IMG/VR virus record: IMGVR_UViG_2595698222_000001
Coordinates: 12,031 to 76,030 of that record
Origin: a virus
Taxonomy: Duplodnaviria > Caudoviricetes
Length of the DNA stretch: 64,000 nucleotides
Strand: one strand, 5' to 3'
In this document: one piece after another, positions 30,327 to 42,637 of the stretch
Layout of the letters: each line of letters starts with the position of its first letter
How positions within the stretch are numbered: the first letter of the stretch is position 1
Made by a program: the position numbers and the translations under genes
Notes under the pieces: generated by a model
Told to the model about the DNA's origin: nothing
Seen by the model: the letters and a program-made list of their open reading frames with translations, nothing else
The model's database searches: none

Positions 30327-31994
30327 ATGGATTTTCATGAACACAAAGAAATAATCAAAAAGTTAAAGCGGCAGATTGAAACGCCGCCTTCTTACGACAT
30401 TCTGAACATTCTGTTATCAGAACTCCAATATACAATGCAAGATAATCCGGATTTGCCAGTTGAGGACCGGGACTTTATCATGGCCTATTCCGGGTTTATC
30501 AAGAAATGGGCGGTTACAAGGTTTGTCCAGACCATGGAAATTCGCTGGGACGATTTGTACTGGAAAACATTGCATTTTGAAGCTCCTTTTTTGTTTGAAT
30601 CTTATCTGATTTACCTGGAGAAGAACCGGGAAGCAAAAGACCGCTTTTATTTACCGAAACGCAAGCAGCTGAATAAGCATGGCTTGATTCAGGCAATGCA
30701 GGATCTGGAAGATGATAGGTTAGATATCTTAAGTATATCTATGCCGCCAGGGACGCAGAAGACAACCTTGGAGAAGTTCTTTGCATCGTGGGTAATAGGA
30801 AAGCATCCTGATGATTTTAGTTTGTTTTATTCTCACAGTGGGGATATTACGAGAATGTTCTATGACGGCATATATGATATCACTACAAATTCAGATGAAT
30901 ACACTTGGAGCGAGATATTCCCAGATGTGAAACTTGAAAGCACAAATGCCAAGACAGAGACAATTAATTTTAATAAATATAAGCCTTTCCCCAATATTCA
31001 GTGTACCTCCATTGGTTCAAAAAATGCCGGTAAGGTTAGGTGTAACCGGTACTTGTATTGTGATGATCTTATTGGCGGCATTGAAGAGGCTCTGAATAAG
31101 ATCAGATTAGACAAACTCTGGTCTTTGTATAGTGTTGATGGTAAACAGAGAAAGATGGACGGCTGTAAAGAAATTCATATTGCTACAAGATGGTCCGTCC
31201 ATGATGTGATTGGAAGAATAAAGAATTTATATCACAATAGTGACCGGGTGAGATTCATTAAAGTTCCCGATATCGATCCGATTACTGAAGAATCAAACTT
31301 TGACTATGAATATAATGGTTTTTCAGTTGCTTTCTTCAATGATCAGGCACTGGCCATGGATGATATTTCTTATAAGTGTCTATATAAAAGCCAGCCAATT
31401 GAACGTGAAGGCTTGCTATATCATGAAGATGAATTAAGGCGATACTTTAAACTTCCAGAAAGAGAGCCTGATGCTCTTCTTGGTATTTGTGATACGAAGG
31501 ACAAGGGGGCAGATTATATGTTCCTACCTTGCGTGGCCCAGTATGGAAGCGATTATTACTGCTTAGATTGCGTTTGTGATGATAATTCCGACTATGGTGT
31601 TCAGTATGAAAGGTGTTCTCAGATAATAGTGAATAATAAGCTGCAGCAGTGCCAGTTTGAAAGCAATAATGGCGGTAGCCGTGTTGGGTACGAAGTAAAT
31701 AAACTGGTAGAGCAGAAAAACGGCCGTTGCAATATTACCACTAAATTCACTGATAGCAACAAGGAAACGAAGATTATCGTAAATGCGGACTGGGTGAAAA
31801 AGCATGTTTTGTTTAAAGATTCTTCACTCTATAAAGCCAAAAGCGATTATGGTATAATGATGAGTTTTCTGCTTAGCTATTCTGTAAAAGGCAAAAATCC
31901 GCATGATGATGTACCTGATGGTTGGGCGCAGTTTGCATTGTTCACACAGAATATGGGTGGCGCTAAAGTCACAGCTTTTCGAAGACCGTGTTAA
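30327..31994 (+). CDS. terL: terminase large subunit
   Basis: SMPPGTQKT Walker A variant, YCDD Walker B, TRW..D, nuclease CDT.D.G.DY and HDDVPD. Confidence 0.9.
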   Translation: MDFHEHKEIIKKLKRQIETPPSYDILNILLSELQYTMQDNPDLPVEDRDFIMAYSGFIKKWAVTRFVQTMEIRWDDLYWKTLHFEAPFLFESYLIYLEKNREAKDRFYLPKRKQLNKHGLIQAMQDLEDDRLDILSISMPPGTQKTTLEKFFASWVIGKHPDDFSLFYSHSGDITRMFYDGIYDITTNSDEYTWSEIFPDVKLESTNAKTETINFNKYKPFPNIQCTSIGSKNAGKVRCNRYLYCDDLIGGIEEALNKIRLDKLWSLYSVDGKQRKMDGCKEIHIATRWSVHDVIGRIKNLYHNSDRVRFIKVPDIDPITEESNFDYEYNGFSVAFFNDQALAMDDISYKCLYKSQPIEREGLLYHEDELRRYFKLPEREPDALLGICDTKDKGADYMFLPCVAQYGSDYYCLDCVCDDNSDYGVQYERCSQIIVNNKLQQCQFESNNGGSRVGYEVNKLVEQKNGRCNITTKFTDSNKETKIIVNADWVKKHVLFKDSSLYKAKSDYGIMMSFLLSYSVKGKNPHDDVPDGWAQFALFTQNMGGAKVTAFRRPC

Positions 31995-32006
31995 GGAGGA
32001 TTGATT

Positions 32007-32444
32007 ATGAAATTGACGAGGGAATATTTAGCGACTTATACATATCTAGAATCCGAAATTAAGCGTCTCAGGCGCAGGATAAAATACTATGAGAGTAATC
32101 CGTTGACTTCTGAATATGGGATTGTGAAAGGATCCCTGCAGCAATTTCCATATACGGAATGCCATTTCGTAGTTTCAGGGGCAAATGTGAAATCAAATGA
32201 GGAAAGAGAAAAGGCGGTACGTCAGCTCCTAATTGATTTGAAAGGCAATGAACAACTTTTTGAAGATATGAAACTGGAGATAGAGTGTTTTCTTGAAAAG
32301 CTGGGACCGGAACAGCTGGAGATGAAGCAAATTCTGTATTTTCGATATGTTGAACGATGGTCTTATGATGAGATTGCAAGAGAATTAAATTACGATAGAA
32401 CTACTGTTCAAAAGAAAATTGATAGGTTATTAGACTTAATGTAA
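32007..32444 (+). CDS. ArpU/RinA-like late transcription activator
   Basis: ILYFRYVE.WSYDEIARELNYDRTTV HTH. Confidence 0.75.
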   Translation: MKLTREYLATYTYLESEIKRLRRRIKYYESNPLTSEYGIVKGSLQQFPYTECHFVVSGANVKSNEEREKAVRQLLIDLKGNEQLFEDMKLEIECFLEKLGPEQLEMKQILYFRYVERWSYDEIARELNYDRTTVQKKIDRLLDLM

Positions 32445-32560
32445 TATTATAATTGCATACACATAGTTACCTGAAATGTATTCTATGTATTTTAATATTA
32501 TTGGTATTTTATTTATTGGTAATTTGTGATAAAATTAAGCATTATGGGGGGTGCGAACTA

Positions 32561-34021
32561 ATGAAATTAATGGATTATGAATTTGGTTTCGCTGATGCGA
32601 CAAAGGAGTATATAAGGAAACCAGAAATATTTGAAAATGCTTTTTGTGATACAAGAAACATCGTAGAAAAATTGATTGATGGATATGAATTTTTATTGAT
32701 TGGAAGGAAAGGAGTTGGGAAGTCTGCGTATAGTAGCAAGATTCAATCAATAGCTAAACTTTCCAATACTGAATTAATAGCAAAATTAATGAATTTAAAT
32801 GACTTTGAATTTAGCACATTCGCGAAGACGGGAATTGACAACGATGTTTCAGGAACCCAAAAATATAAGAGTTCATGGGATTTTATATTATTGTTTGCAA
32901 TATATAAAGTATTATTTAATGATTTACAAATGACAGAATCTAGTGCCATAAATGATGTAGTGTTTATGCTTGATCAAGCTGGATTCTCTTTGGATAATGA
33001 ATATAAAACTGATATAGTTCGATTAACAAAAATAAAAATGGGTGTTGGAGTAGTTAATTTTGATGCGGAATTCGAAAAGAAATATAACTCATCTCCAAGT
33101 AATTATTTAGAAAGAATTTCAGTTATAACAGAAAAAATGCTGTATGGAATTTCAGATGCATACTTAAATGAAAGAAAAGTTGTAATTATTATAGATGGCT
33201 TAGATGATGTTTTAAGATATAAAAAAAATAAAGCTGAAATAATATCTAGCCTGATTAGAAGTGTAGACTTTTTAAATGACAAGTGTGCTCAATTTCATAA
33301 AAAAATAAAAATAGTATTACTTATTAGAGAAGATATTATTGCCATGTTAAATGATCCTGATCTAAATAAAATAATACAAGATGGTGCTATTATTTTAAAT
33401 TGGAGCAATCGATTAGAGGAATTAAAGAAAATTGTAGACTTACGATTTCAATTATCAGGTATGTCAGAATCGAATGCTCTGAAGTGTTGGGATAAGATTT
33501 TTCCTCCAAAGATTAGGGGCAAAAGCACATGGTTACATGTCCTAGATCATACACTATATAAACCAAGAGATATTTTGCAATTTCTAAAATATTGCCAAAT
33601 GGAATATCCAAATAATGAAACATTATCACTTTCGGATACACAAAATTCTCTCAAGGTATATTCAAATAAATATTTTATCGAGGAAATGAAAAATGAATTG
33701 TCGGGATTTATTGATGAAGAATTGATATATCTAATACCTACTGTATTTAGAAGATTGGGCGGAAGAGCATTTGATTTAAAAGAGATAGTACGTTTATTTG
33801 ACGAACAATGCAATAAATGTGTTACCGAAGATTCAATTAAAACTTTGTTGCTATATTTATTTGATGCTGGTTACATTGGACAGCTTGTATCAAATGGAAA
33901 TAAGAATGGGACAAAGAGATCAGTGATTTTCAAATATCGTAATCCAACGGCAAGAATTGACTATTATCAAAAATTTATAACACATCAAGGTTTGCATAGT
34001 GGTTTAGGTGTAAGATTGTAA
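32561..34021 (+). CDS. P-loop ATPase moron (candidate defence gene)
   Basis: GRKGVGKS Walker A, IIIDGLDD Walker B, PRD motif; low GC. Confidence 0.8.
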   Translation: MKLMDYEFGFADATKEYIRKPEIFENAFCDTRNIVEKLIDGYEFLLIGRKGVGKSAYSSKIQSIAKLSNTELIAKLMNLNDFEFSTFAKTGIDNDVSGTQKYKSSWDFILLFAIYKVLFNDLQMTESSAINDVVFMLDQAGFSLDNEYKTDIVRLTKIKMGVGVVNFDAEFEKKYNSSPSNYLERISVITEKMLYGISDAYLNERKVVIIIDGLDDVLRYKKNKAEIISSLIRSVDFLNDKCAQFHKKIKIVLLIREDIIAMLNDPDLNKIIQDGAIILNWSNRLEELKKIVDLRFQLSGMSESNALKCWDKIFPPKIRGKSTWLHVLDHTLYKPRDILQFLKYCQMEYPNNETLSLSDTQNSLKVYSNKYFIEEMKNELSGFIDEELIYLIPTVFRRLGGRAFDLKEIVRLFDEQCNKCVTEDSIKTLLLYLFDAGYIGQLVSNGNKNGTKRSVIFKYRNPTARIDYYQKFITHQGLHSGLGVRL

Positions 34022-34164
34022 AAAGGGATTCCCCGGACATGCCGGACGGGAATCCCTAAAAGTAGCTACTCTTTCATAGTATATCTTGAATATATATGAT
34101 TTATTCAAAGATTGCAAGTCCTTTTTTTAAAAAGTGATATTTTTTGATTTAGAATTGGTGAAAC

Positions 34165-34204
34165 ATTCCCACAATTCCCATTTCTAATATGATAAAATGA
34201 TATC
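34165..34204 (+). promoter_or_regulatory. late-promoter-like motif, copy 1
   Basis: ATTCCCACAATTCCCATTTCTAATATGATAAAATGATATC; 35/40 identical to 50003-50042. Confidence 0.65.
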
Positions 34205-34239
34205 GTGGTATATAATAAAAAGAAAGCGTTGTCGCAGAG

Positions 34240-34671
34240 ATGACGCTTTTTGTTATGTCTGGAGGTGGGAATTTGACGTTTGAAGGCTGGCTGCTTAAGA
34301 TAAACGAAAAAGTGTTTCCAAATGAATTGATAGCTCTGGAATCATATAAGTGCACGCCGGACCAGATAATGGACCTGGATCCCTACCGAGATGGAAGTGG
34401 AGAACTACATCGAAACGTATTACCGCATACAGCTACGTCCATCGAATTTTCCACCACACATCTACGATTGAGAGATGCTGACAAGTTGAACGGGTTTGTT
34501 CCTCATGGCGTCCGTGTTAAATGTGAAATTGAATATTGGAATCCCAATACGTCCTCGTATAAAGCGGGGGCGTTTTATATTTCCGATATTCCGTATGAGA
34601 TTGTAAATGTTGATGAGAAAAGAAAGGATATACTCTACAAACCGATTAAGATAACTTTAACCGAATATTAA
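34240..34671 (+). CDS. putative distal tail protein
   Basis: size, position before large tail protein, RD..G.LHR motif; start uncertain. Confidence 0.6.
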   Translation: MTLFVMSGGGNLTFEGWLLKINEKVFPNELIALESYKCTPDQIMDLDPYRDGSGELHRNVLPHTATSIEFSTTHLRLRDADKLNGFVPHGVRVKCEIEYWNPNTSSYKAGAFYISDIPYEIVNVDEKRKDILYKPIKITLTEY

Positions 34672-34684
34672 GGAGGTCGGTTCT

Positions 34685-36676
34685 TTGCTGAATATTCCAG
34701 AAGAAATTAAAGCCTTGTACCGAGCAGATAATTTAAGTACTGCCACACAAAGGCATCTGAAGCTTCGGTTCTATGATGGGAAGATTAATCTCCCGGAAGA
34801 TGTTCTTTTTCATAAAGAATCATTACCGGTTGACCAGGAGCCAATATATGTTATTGATAATAGCCAGATAATATCCGAATCCCTTACGATAGAAGAAAAT
34901 TTATGTGCAAGCCCGGACTTGAAATTTGGAGAATGTAATTCAACACAGTTTGATATAGTGGTGGCTGATGTACTACTAGATCTGACCGGGAAAGAATTTA
35001 TACTTACGGTTGAGGTTGGTGGCTATGAAATGGCTATGGGGGTTTACAAAGTAGATAGCTTTGTTCGGGAACAAGCTGATAGGCGGCGTAAGAAAATTGT
35101 TGCCTATGATCGAATGTTGAAATTTGACGTTGACGTGGCGGAATGGTATCAAGGTCTGTCCTTTCCCATGACCTTGAAACAGTTCCGGGATTCACTGTGC
35201 GCGTATGTCGGCGTTACTCAGATCTCCGTGATATTGCCTCTTGACGATATGCAGATTACAAAAACCATTGATCCGGAGCAGTTGGATGGCCGTAAGGTTT
35301 TAATTGCCATCTGTGAAATAAATGGTTGCTTCGGAAACTTTGATAAGATCGGCCGGCTTACATATAAATTTCTGGGTTTTTCAGGTTTGTTTCCGTCAGA
35401 GACTTTATATCCGTCTGATGATTTGTTTCCATCAGAAATGACCAACGCAGAAAATTTGTCACGGTACAAACAGTCTGAAACCTATTATGAGGATTTTGTA
35501 ACAAGACCATTTAACAAAGTGCAGATTCGGCAGGAGGAAGGTGATGTAGGGGTTTCTTACGGGTCGGGAAAAAACTGCTATATTATTCAGGGGAATTATT
35601 TGGTTTATGGTAAGTCAGCAGAAGAACTTCCATCAATTGCGGCAACGGTATATGAGCAGATATCCAGGAGGATATATAAACCAAGTCATATTGTAGGCCC
35701 GGCACTGCCATGGGTGGAGGTTGGCGATGGCATTATTTGCTATACCACCGATGATGTTATTGAAACTTACTGTCTTAAGCGTACTATGAAAGGTATTCAG
35801 GGCATGATGGATACCTATGAATCTCAAGGAAGTAGTGAGCGGGAACAGAGTTTCGGACTTGGTGACCAAATTATTCAACTTGAGGGTAAGGCGGCTGTTA
35901 TTAAAAAGTCTGTGGAAGAAGTATCCGTAAGGGTAACTGACCTGAAAGCAGAAACCGAAGCAAAGTTCGCTATTACCGCTGAACAGATCCTTGCAGAAGT
36001 CACCAGGGCAAAGCAGGCAGAGGCTTCTTTGAGCATCAGGGCGGATCAGATTGCTTTATCCGTGACAAACCTTACCAATGATACTAATTCACGGTTTATG
36101 CAGACAGCCGAACAGATCGCCCTTAAGGTGAGCAAAGGGCAGGTATCTTCACAACTTTCAGTAGAGAGTGATAAGGTTACGATATCCAGCAACCGGCTCA
36201 TTGTAAACAGTACAAATTTTCAACTTGATGGCAATGGAAACGCCACATTTAGCGGAAAGGTTCAAGGTGCGCAGGTTGTAGGTTCTTCAATAAGCGGTGG
36301 TTCAATCAATATAGGTGGCGGTACTTTCTGGGTGGATTCCGGAGGAAATGCAGCTATTAACGCAGGACAAATAAATCTTGGAAGTGTAAATATAAATCCT
36401 AATTATTCTGATCTGGGGGCGTTTAGGGTTACTAGTCAAAGGTATGGAGCAATCTATAGTGCGAACGGTGAAATAGAACTCGTGACAAGTCAAAATGACG
36501 GAACCGGTCCGGCATTAATATTGAAAAGAGGTGGAAATGTATCAACCAGGGTTGGATATGGAAGTATAGTAACTGGAGATATTTGGTTAACTAATCGAAG
36601 TGATTTTTGGGGAGGTTGGACAATAACTGATGAAATAATATTATTACATAATAGGGTTTTTGGAACGAGTTATTAA
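34685..36676 (+). CDS. tail tip / baseplate protein
   Basis: 663 aa; N-terminal hub-like region, coiled coil, Gly-rich beta C-terminus. Confidence 0.7.
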   Translation: MLNIPEEIKALYRADNLSTATQRHLKLRFYDGKINLPEDVLFHKESLPVDQEPIYVIDNSQIISESLTIEENLCASPDLKFGECNSTQFDIVVADVLLDLTGKEFILTVEVGGYEMAMGVYKVDSFVREQADRRRKKIVAYDRMLKFDVDVAEWYQGLSFPMTLKQFRDSLCAYVGVTQISVILPLDDMQITKTIDPEQLDGRKVLIAICEINGCFGNFDKIGRLTYKFLGFSGLFPSETLYPSDDLFPSEMTNAENLSRYKQSETYYEDFVTRPFNKVQIRQEEGDVGVSYGSGKNCYIIQGNYLVYGKSAEELPSIAATVYEQISRRIYKPSHIVGPALPWVEVGDGIICYTTDDVIETYCLKRTMKGIQGMMDTYESQGSSEREQSFGLGDQIIQLEGKAAVIKKSVEEVSVRVTDLKAETEAKFAITAEQILAEVTRAKQAEASLSIRADQIALSVTNLTNDTNSRFMQTAEQIALKVSKGQVSSQLSVESDKVTISSNRLIVNSTNFQLDGNGNATFSGKVQGAQVVGSSISGGSINIGGGTFWVDSGGNAAINAGQINLGSVNINPNYSDLGAFRVTSQRYGAIYSANGEIELVTSQNDGTGPALILKRGGNVSTRVGYGSIVTGDIWLTNRSDFWGGWTITDEIILLHNRVFGTSY

Positions 36677-36739
36677 AATTTGAAGAGAGGTTGAAATTAA
36701 AAGAAAAACTGGATATAATAAGGTTAAGGAGGGGTTAAA

Positions 36740-37297
36740 ATGAAAAATATCATTAGGCTACCACTAATAACAATATTATTAATAACAATATTTTCTTTTA
36801 ATGCATTCGCCATGAATAATGAATACATTGCACCTGAACGGCAAACACCATTAAACGAAAAAAGGAATGAAGATCGTTCACTTGATTTTAGATGGACCTG
36901 GATAAGTGATGATTCATGTGTTCGATTTAGAACAAATGAAAACGTAAATAAAGCTAGAATTGATAAAATGTATGAATTAGGAGCATTGCCACAGTGGGCA
37001 GAAGACGGAAAAGATGGTTATGGAGTTGTTAAAAAACGATATACCTATTCTGGAAAGTGGGTACAAGCTGCAGATGGTATCTGGTCTTTTTTGTTTGATG
37101 ATTACACAATTCCAGTAGGTGTAACACTAATTGATGGCGTACTGTATGCATTTAACACCTATGGAGAACTGAAAGCTGATTATGAGTACTATGATGGTTT
37201 AAAAACTAAGGCAGACGGCTTGGTAAAAGCGGACAGTGCAGAATTTACCCAATGGCTCACAACTCAGTATCTTCCAGAATGTACAAGCCACGAATAA
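36740..37297 (+). CDS. secreted protein moron
   Basis: signal peptide ending AFA; W.FLFDD...YAFN..G cell-wall-repeat-like segment; own promoter and terminator. Confidence 0.65.
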   Translation: MKNIIRLPLITILLITIFSFNAFAMNNEYIAPERQTPLNEKRNEDRSLDFRWTWISDDSCVRFRTNENVNKARIDKMYELGALPQWAEDGKDGYGVVKKRYTYSGKWVQAADGIWSFLFDDYTIPVGVTLIDGVLYAFNTYGELKADYEYYDGLKTKADGLVKADSAEFTQWLTTQYLPECTSHE

Positions 37298-38121
37298 GAG
37301 GTTGCAAGCAAGGAGCAGTAGATTTTCCCCTGCTCCTTTCCTATGTCAAGAAATGAACAGTGGTTTTTAGAGTGAGAGGATTATAATTTGATTAAGTCCT
37401 CGCCTATTCATTATTTGCCATAAATTTAGGGAGATTGATTGAACTGGTTATGAAATCAGAAGGAGCATGTTAATTGCTACGGTCCTAAAACCTGTTTTTC
37501 AACAGACCAGATACAGGATTGTTTTATTAAGGTTCCTATTTACGAACAGTTAACTATGTTCAGTGAAATCATTACAAGATATTAAGGAGGACATACATAA
37601 GTATGAATACATATGTAAAGCTGGAAGTGAAGCAACTATTGACACATCTGTGTTTTGCAAGGACTTTAAAGAAAAAAACATGAAAATATTTCTGTGGCCC
37701 CGAATTGTATCTGTATGCGTTCCATATATCCCAGCGGCTTTATTTTGGAAGTGAAAGAGCATGCAGAAAGGGTTATTATAAGGACTAACCGTGAGTTGAT
37801 TGATAACGATAATGGGGGCTTTTTGTGTTTCTGAAGAGTGATTCAGATAAAAATACAAATGGAGAGCGAGGATTGATTCCTCGCTCCTTTTGTATGCCTT
37901 TTGTATTGCAAAACGTCAAAATACTATTAAATTTAAATTTCAAAAGGCCTTTTGAGTAAAAACTATTTGAAAAACGTATGTTCTTATAGTATGGTCATAT
38001 TGTAAGAATAAATGAAAAAGCTACATTCTAAGTGGCAAGTGGGGTTTGTTAGCGATACTAAATAAACTCAAAAAGCTTTTACACTTACAGAAAATAAAAA
38101 CGCAAAGGAGAAGATATTACA

Positions 38122-38334
38122 ATGATTGATAATGTGAAAAACGTGGAAGAGGCTGTTAAACTGGCAAAACGGACAACTTGCAATGATCTTTTATTTGTTG
38201 CAGGCATGGCAAGGTTTTATAATTGCAAGCCATTGAATATGGAGAGGGACGATTTTCTTCTCTTTTTAAGTACACTTTACCATTATGGAAAGATTCAGGG
38301 AATACGACAGGAACGAGCAAAGAGAAGAAATTGA
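38122..38334 (+). CDS. hypothetical protein
   Basis: AAGGAG RBS; G..QGIRQERA C-terminus. Confidence 0.55.
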   Translation: MIDNVKNVEEAVKLAKRTTCNDLLFVAGMARFYNCKPLNMERDDFLLFLSTLYHYGKIQGIRQERAKRRN

Positions 38335-38783
38335 ATGACAACATTTTAGTGGTTGTCGATTATTTAGCAAAATTAGCTGACAACAATTTTGTGGTGTGTG
38401 GTTATTCCTTTGACTGACCAGAAAACTCTAAGGAATAGTGAAGTGAAGGACATTTTCCCGTCACCGTATTTACTGAAGCGAAAATTCGCCTTAGTAAGCT
38501 CACATCAAAAAGATAGTGGTTAATAATGATAAATATACGGATTTTTAACGATGGACAAATGTCCGTGGTTGATTATTTTAATGGTGAAAGCTAAAGAGTA
38601 CTGGCTTGGAAATGGGTTATGAGGTCAAAAAGATATTTGATGCCAATTACGGTGAGGTAAATACATATCATCGTGAAGTTTGGGAAGCGGTTTATCCCGA
38701 ATATGAAATTTAATAAAGTAATGAGTTTAGAAAGAGCGTCCTTAACCGGACGTTCTTTTTCTACGCCGAAAGGAGGAAATAAC

Positions 38784-39044
38784 TTGAAAAGGGTAATCAC
38801 ATTTACTGAGGAACAGGTAATGCAGATACAGTACATGTTAAATGCCGTCACCGTAACCGGTATCCAGAATGCCAAGCAGGTGGCAGCCATTGCGCAAATG
38901 TTGGAGTTGGGAATGCCGGAGGAAATTAATGAGTCCGCAGAGAGCGAAAAATTTAAAGACGTGTATTCGCCGGTCGATTGGGAAAACCCGCCTGAAAGAA
39001 AGACCACAATCAGTAACGAAAAAAAGAAAGAGGGTGCCAGTTAA
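38784..39044 (+). CDS. small tail-associated protein
   Basis: TTG start after AAGGAGG, coupled to next gene. Confidence 0.55.
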   Translation: MKRVITFTEEQVMQIQYMLNAVTVTGIQNAKQVAAIAQMLELGMPEEINESAESEKFKDVYSPVDWENPPERKTTISNEKKKEGAS

Positions 39045-39973
39045 TGGCTTATGGACCATATTACTACATAACTGACTGGAAAAATGAACCTTCGCAGGAA
39101 ACACCCATAAACCGTACAAATCTCCTTAAAATTGAGAATGGCATTAAAGAGGCAGATAACCGGATTGTTCAGCTTGATGCCAAGAAGGCAGAGCAGGCCC
39201 TTGTAAACACCCTTGTAAAAGAAATTACCCTGGATACGGATACAGGTATCCTGACCGTGACCCAACAGAATGGAACAGTAACTACTTATGACCTGGCCAT
39301 TGAAAAGGTTGTAGCAAACTTTGACATTAATGATGATAATGAGCTGGTTCTCACCTTGGCAGACGGCACACAGAAGGTAATTGACCTTACCCGGTTTGTC
39401 TATTCCGTGGACAGTACATCTACGATTGCAATGAAAATCCTTAACCGGACTATTACCGCAGAGATCGTTGACGGTTCTGTGACCATGGCTAAATTGGACG
39501 CTTCCATACAGATGGAACTTAGGCAGTACATGCTTGATGCTCAGGCAGCCAGGGATATGTCCCTCCAATATCAGAATAATGCCAAGATCTTCCGGGATCA
39601 GACGGAGGTAATTGCAAACGAGGCCGTAACAGACATAGCTGCAGCCGGGGGCCGTGTAGATGAAACCTTGACAGAGTTTAATTCCCTGCTTATGAACGGG
39701 TATTTCAATGGACCGATGGGGCCGCAGGGGCTACAAGGAAATCAGGGGGCCACGGGGGCCACAGGAGGACAGGGGCCACAGGGGATTCAGGGGATCCAAG
39801 GTCCTCGTGGGCCACAAGGGGAACGAGGATCTGATGCTGTAGTGACGCAGACTAATGGTAATTATATTTTCCAGATACGAGATGGACACTTATATGTGAT
39901 TTACCCAGACTCTTCTTCTGAGCCGCCGCCAGTGCATATTAATGAAGCAGGACATTTTATAGTGACTTTTTAA
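39044..39973 (+). CDS. collagen-repeat tail fibre (proximal) protein
   Basis: W.NEPS..TPIN..NL.KIE.GI N-terminus; Gly-X-Y repeats. Confidence 0.75.
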   Translation: MAYGPYYYITDWKNEPSQETPINRTNLLKIENGIKEADNRIVQLDAKKAEQALVNTLVKEITLDTDTGILTVTQQNGTVTTYDLAIEKVVANFDINDDNELVLTLADGTQKVIDLTRFVYSVDSTSTIAMKILNRTITAEIVDGSVTMAKLDASIQMELRQYMLDAQAARDMSLQYQNNAKIFRDQTEVIANEAVTDIAAAGGRVDETLTEFNSLLMNGYFNGPMGPQGLQGNQGATGATGGQGPQGIQGIQGPRGPQGERGSDAVVTQTNGNYIFQIRDGHLYVIYPDSSSEPPPVHINEAGHFIVTF

Positions 39974-39985
39974 AGGAGGTCAGAT

Positions 39986-41038
<1,053 letters not shown>

Positions 41039-41042
41039 TCAC

Positions 41043-41298
41043 TTATACGATTGTGGTTGTTCCTGTACTGACGTCATTAAACGATCCGTCCGGATTGACC
41101 GTAAATGTGAAATTGCTCAAATATAGGTGGTTATCCCTTATGCCAAGTCTTGTAGCGGTACCTGTGGCAAAATTACGTGATGTAATATATGTTCCGGTAG
41201 CATCGTTATAGATAGTCGATCTTAATGTATTTTCGCTATTAATTAAACTCATAGACTTCTGTACACCACTACCAAACAGTCCAACTAAATTGCTATTT
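41043..41298 (-). other. inverted alternative tail-fibre tip cassette 2b (84 aa)
   Basis: NSNLVGLFGSG...TTTIV*; site at 41287-41298 inverted relative to 40681. Confidence 0.85.
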
Positions 41299-41376
41299 AG
41301 TAGAAAAGAGAAACTTAAAAACTGGTCCCTCATAGGGGCTTATTTTATTGCCTGAATACGGGCGGAAAGGAATCTT

Positions 41377-41805
41377 ATGAGTATTGAAAAAATCAAATTC
41401 GGTGATCAGGTATTCGACCTGGTGCCCGCAGGTGTAGATCTTGTAGATGGTGGAGGAACCATCAAATTTCTGATGGGAGAAAAGCGCTTTGAGGAGATCG
41501 AAACCATCCTGCAGGCCAATAGTACCATCAAGCAGATTGCCCGATCAGGCGATACAGACTGGTCGCGATCTGATCTGGTTTATGGTGATTTTGTATCAAG
41601 AGATGCCAACTATGTAATAGGTACGGCGGATGATGGTGTAACCGTCATTACGGCCGCTGTAATGATTGCCACGTTCCGTACACCAGATTTACGCGAAAGG
41701 GTAACAGCACTGGAAAAAGAAAATGAGAATATCAAAAAGGAAAATGCAGCAATGAAAGAAAGTTTAGGAACTCTGATTTTAAATAACTTAGAGGAGGTTA
41801 AATAA
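41377..41805 (+). CDS. tail-fibre-associated protein
   Basis: position after fibre; C-terminal coiled coil. Confidence 0.6.
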   Translation: MSIEKIKFGDQVFDLVPAGVDLVDGGGTIKFLMGEKRFEEIETILQANSTIKQIARSGDTDWSRSDLVYGDFVSRDANYVIGTADDGVTVITAAVMIATFRTPDLRERVTALEKENENIKKENAAMKESLGTLILNNLEEVK

Positions 41806-41942
41806 TGTTTGATATGCTGAAGTGGTTATACGATGGTGGAAAAGGAAAGTTGACTATCAATGGCCTGGTAAATGCTGTCATAAAGGGCTGGATTACCGAA
41901 GCACAGAAACAGGAGATCATTGGAACAATAGACAGCCAGTAA
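41805..41942 (+). CDS. XkdX-like small protein
   Basis: manual translation MFDMLKWLY...AVIKGWITEAQKQEII. Confidence 0.7.
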   Translation: MFDMLKWLYDGGKGKLTINGLVNAVIKGWITEAQKQEIIGTIDSQ

Positions 41943-41958
41943 AACAGGGAGGGGAGAT

Positions 41959-42624
41959 ATGATACTTGACTTCCAAGTCAACAAGCAAAATTTAATTAGA
42001 GCAGACACCGAACAGCCGGCGGCCCAGAGTATGCAGTATCTTATGTGTCGGTTTACCTTCCAGTCTGATGATTGGGACAGCATGGAAAAGCACGCTGTCT
42101 TTCGGAAATATCTAAGTGATAGCATTGATGCCTATACGCTCCCGTTGAATAGCGAAGGAGTCGCTATGGTTCCGTCAGAAGTTATCACAGCTAGAGGCTT
42201 TGAGGCATCTGTATACGGTTATAATGATGGGCAGCGGATTACCACGAACAAGATATACATTTCGATTCAGGAAACTGGATATGAGCAGGGAAAAGTACCA
42301 AGCGTCCCTGCTCATGATTTATATGAGCAACTCCTTGATGCCATGAAAAAGCAGGTAAATGGTTTGTCTTATGAATCAGGATACATGCAACTCATGGCAG
42401 GGGGGATGTCAATAGGCGAAAGGGTCCGTGTATCAGGAACAAATGAAACCCGGGAAATAGAATTTACTAATGATGGGACCTATATAAAGTGGCGGTATAC
42501 AGATAGCAATGATTGGCAGCAACTGGTAAGCCTTCAGGCAATTACCGGTCCGCAGGGTCCACCGGGGGCAACGCCAGAATTTGAAGTGAGATCGGGGCGC
42601 CTAATCGCAAAGTATAATGAATAA
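41959..42624 (+). CDS. BppU-like baseplate/fibre protein
   Basis: beta-rich N-domain, YIKWRY..W..L, short collagen stretch. Confidence 0.6.
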   Translation: MILDFQVNKQNLIRADTEQPAAQSMQYLMCRFTFQSDDWDSMEKHAVFRKYLSDSIDAYTLPLNSEGVAMVPSEVITARGFEASVYGYNDGQRITTNKIYISIQETGYEQGKVPSVPAHDLYEQLLDAMKKQVNGLSYESGYMQLMAGGMSIGERVRVSGTNETREIEFTNDGTYIKWRYTDSNDWQQLVSLQAITGPQGPPGATPEFEVRSGRLIAKYNE

Positions 42625-42637
42625 GGAAGTGAAAGAA

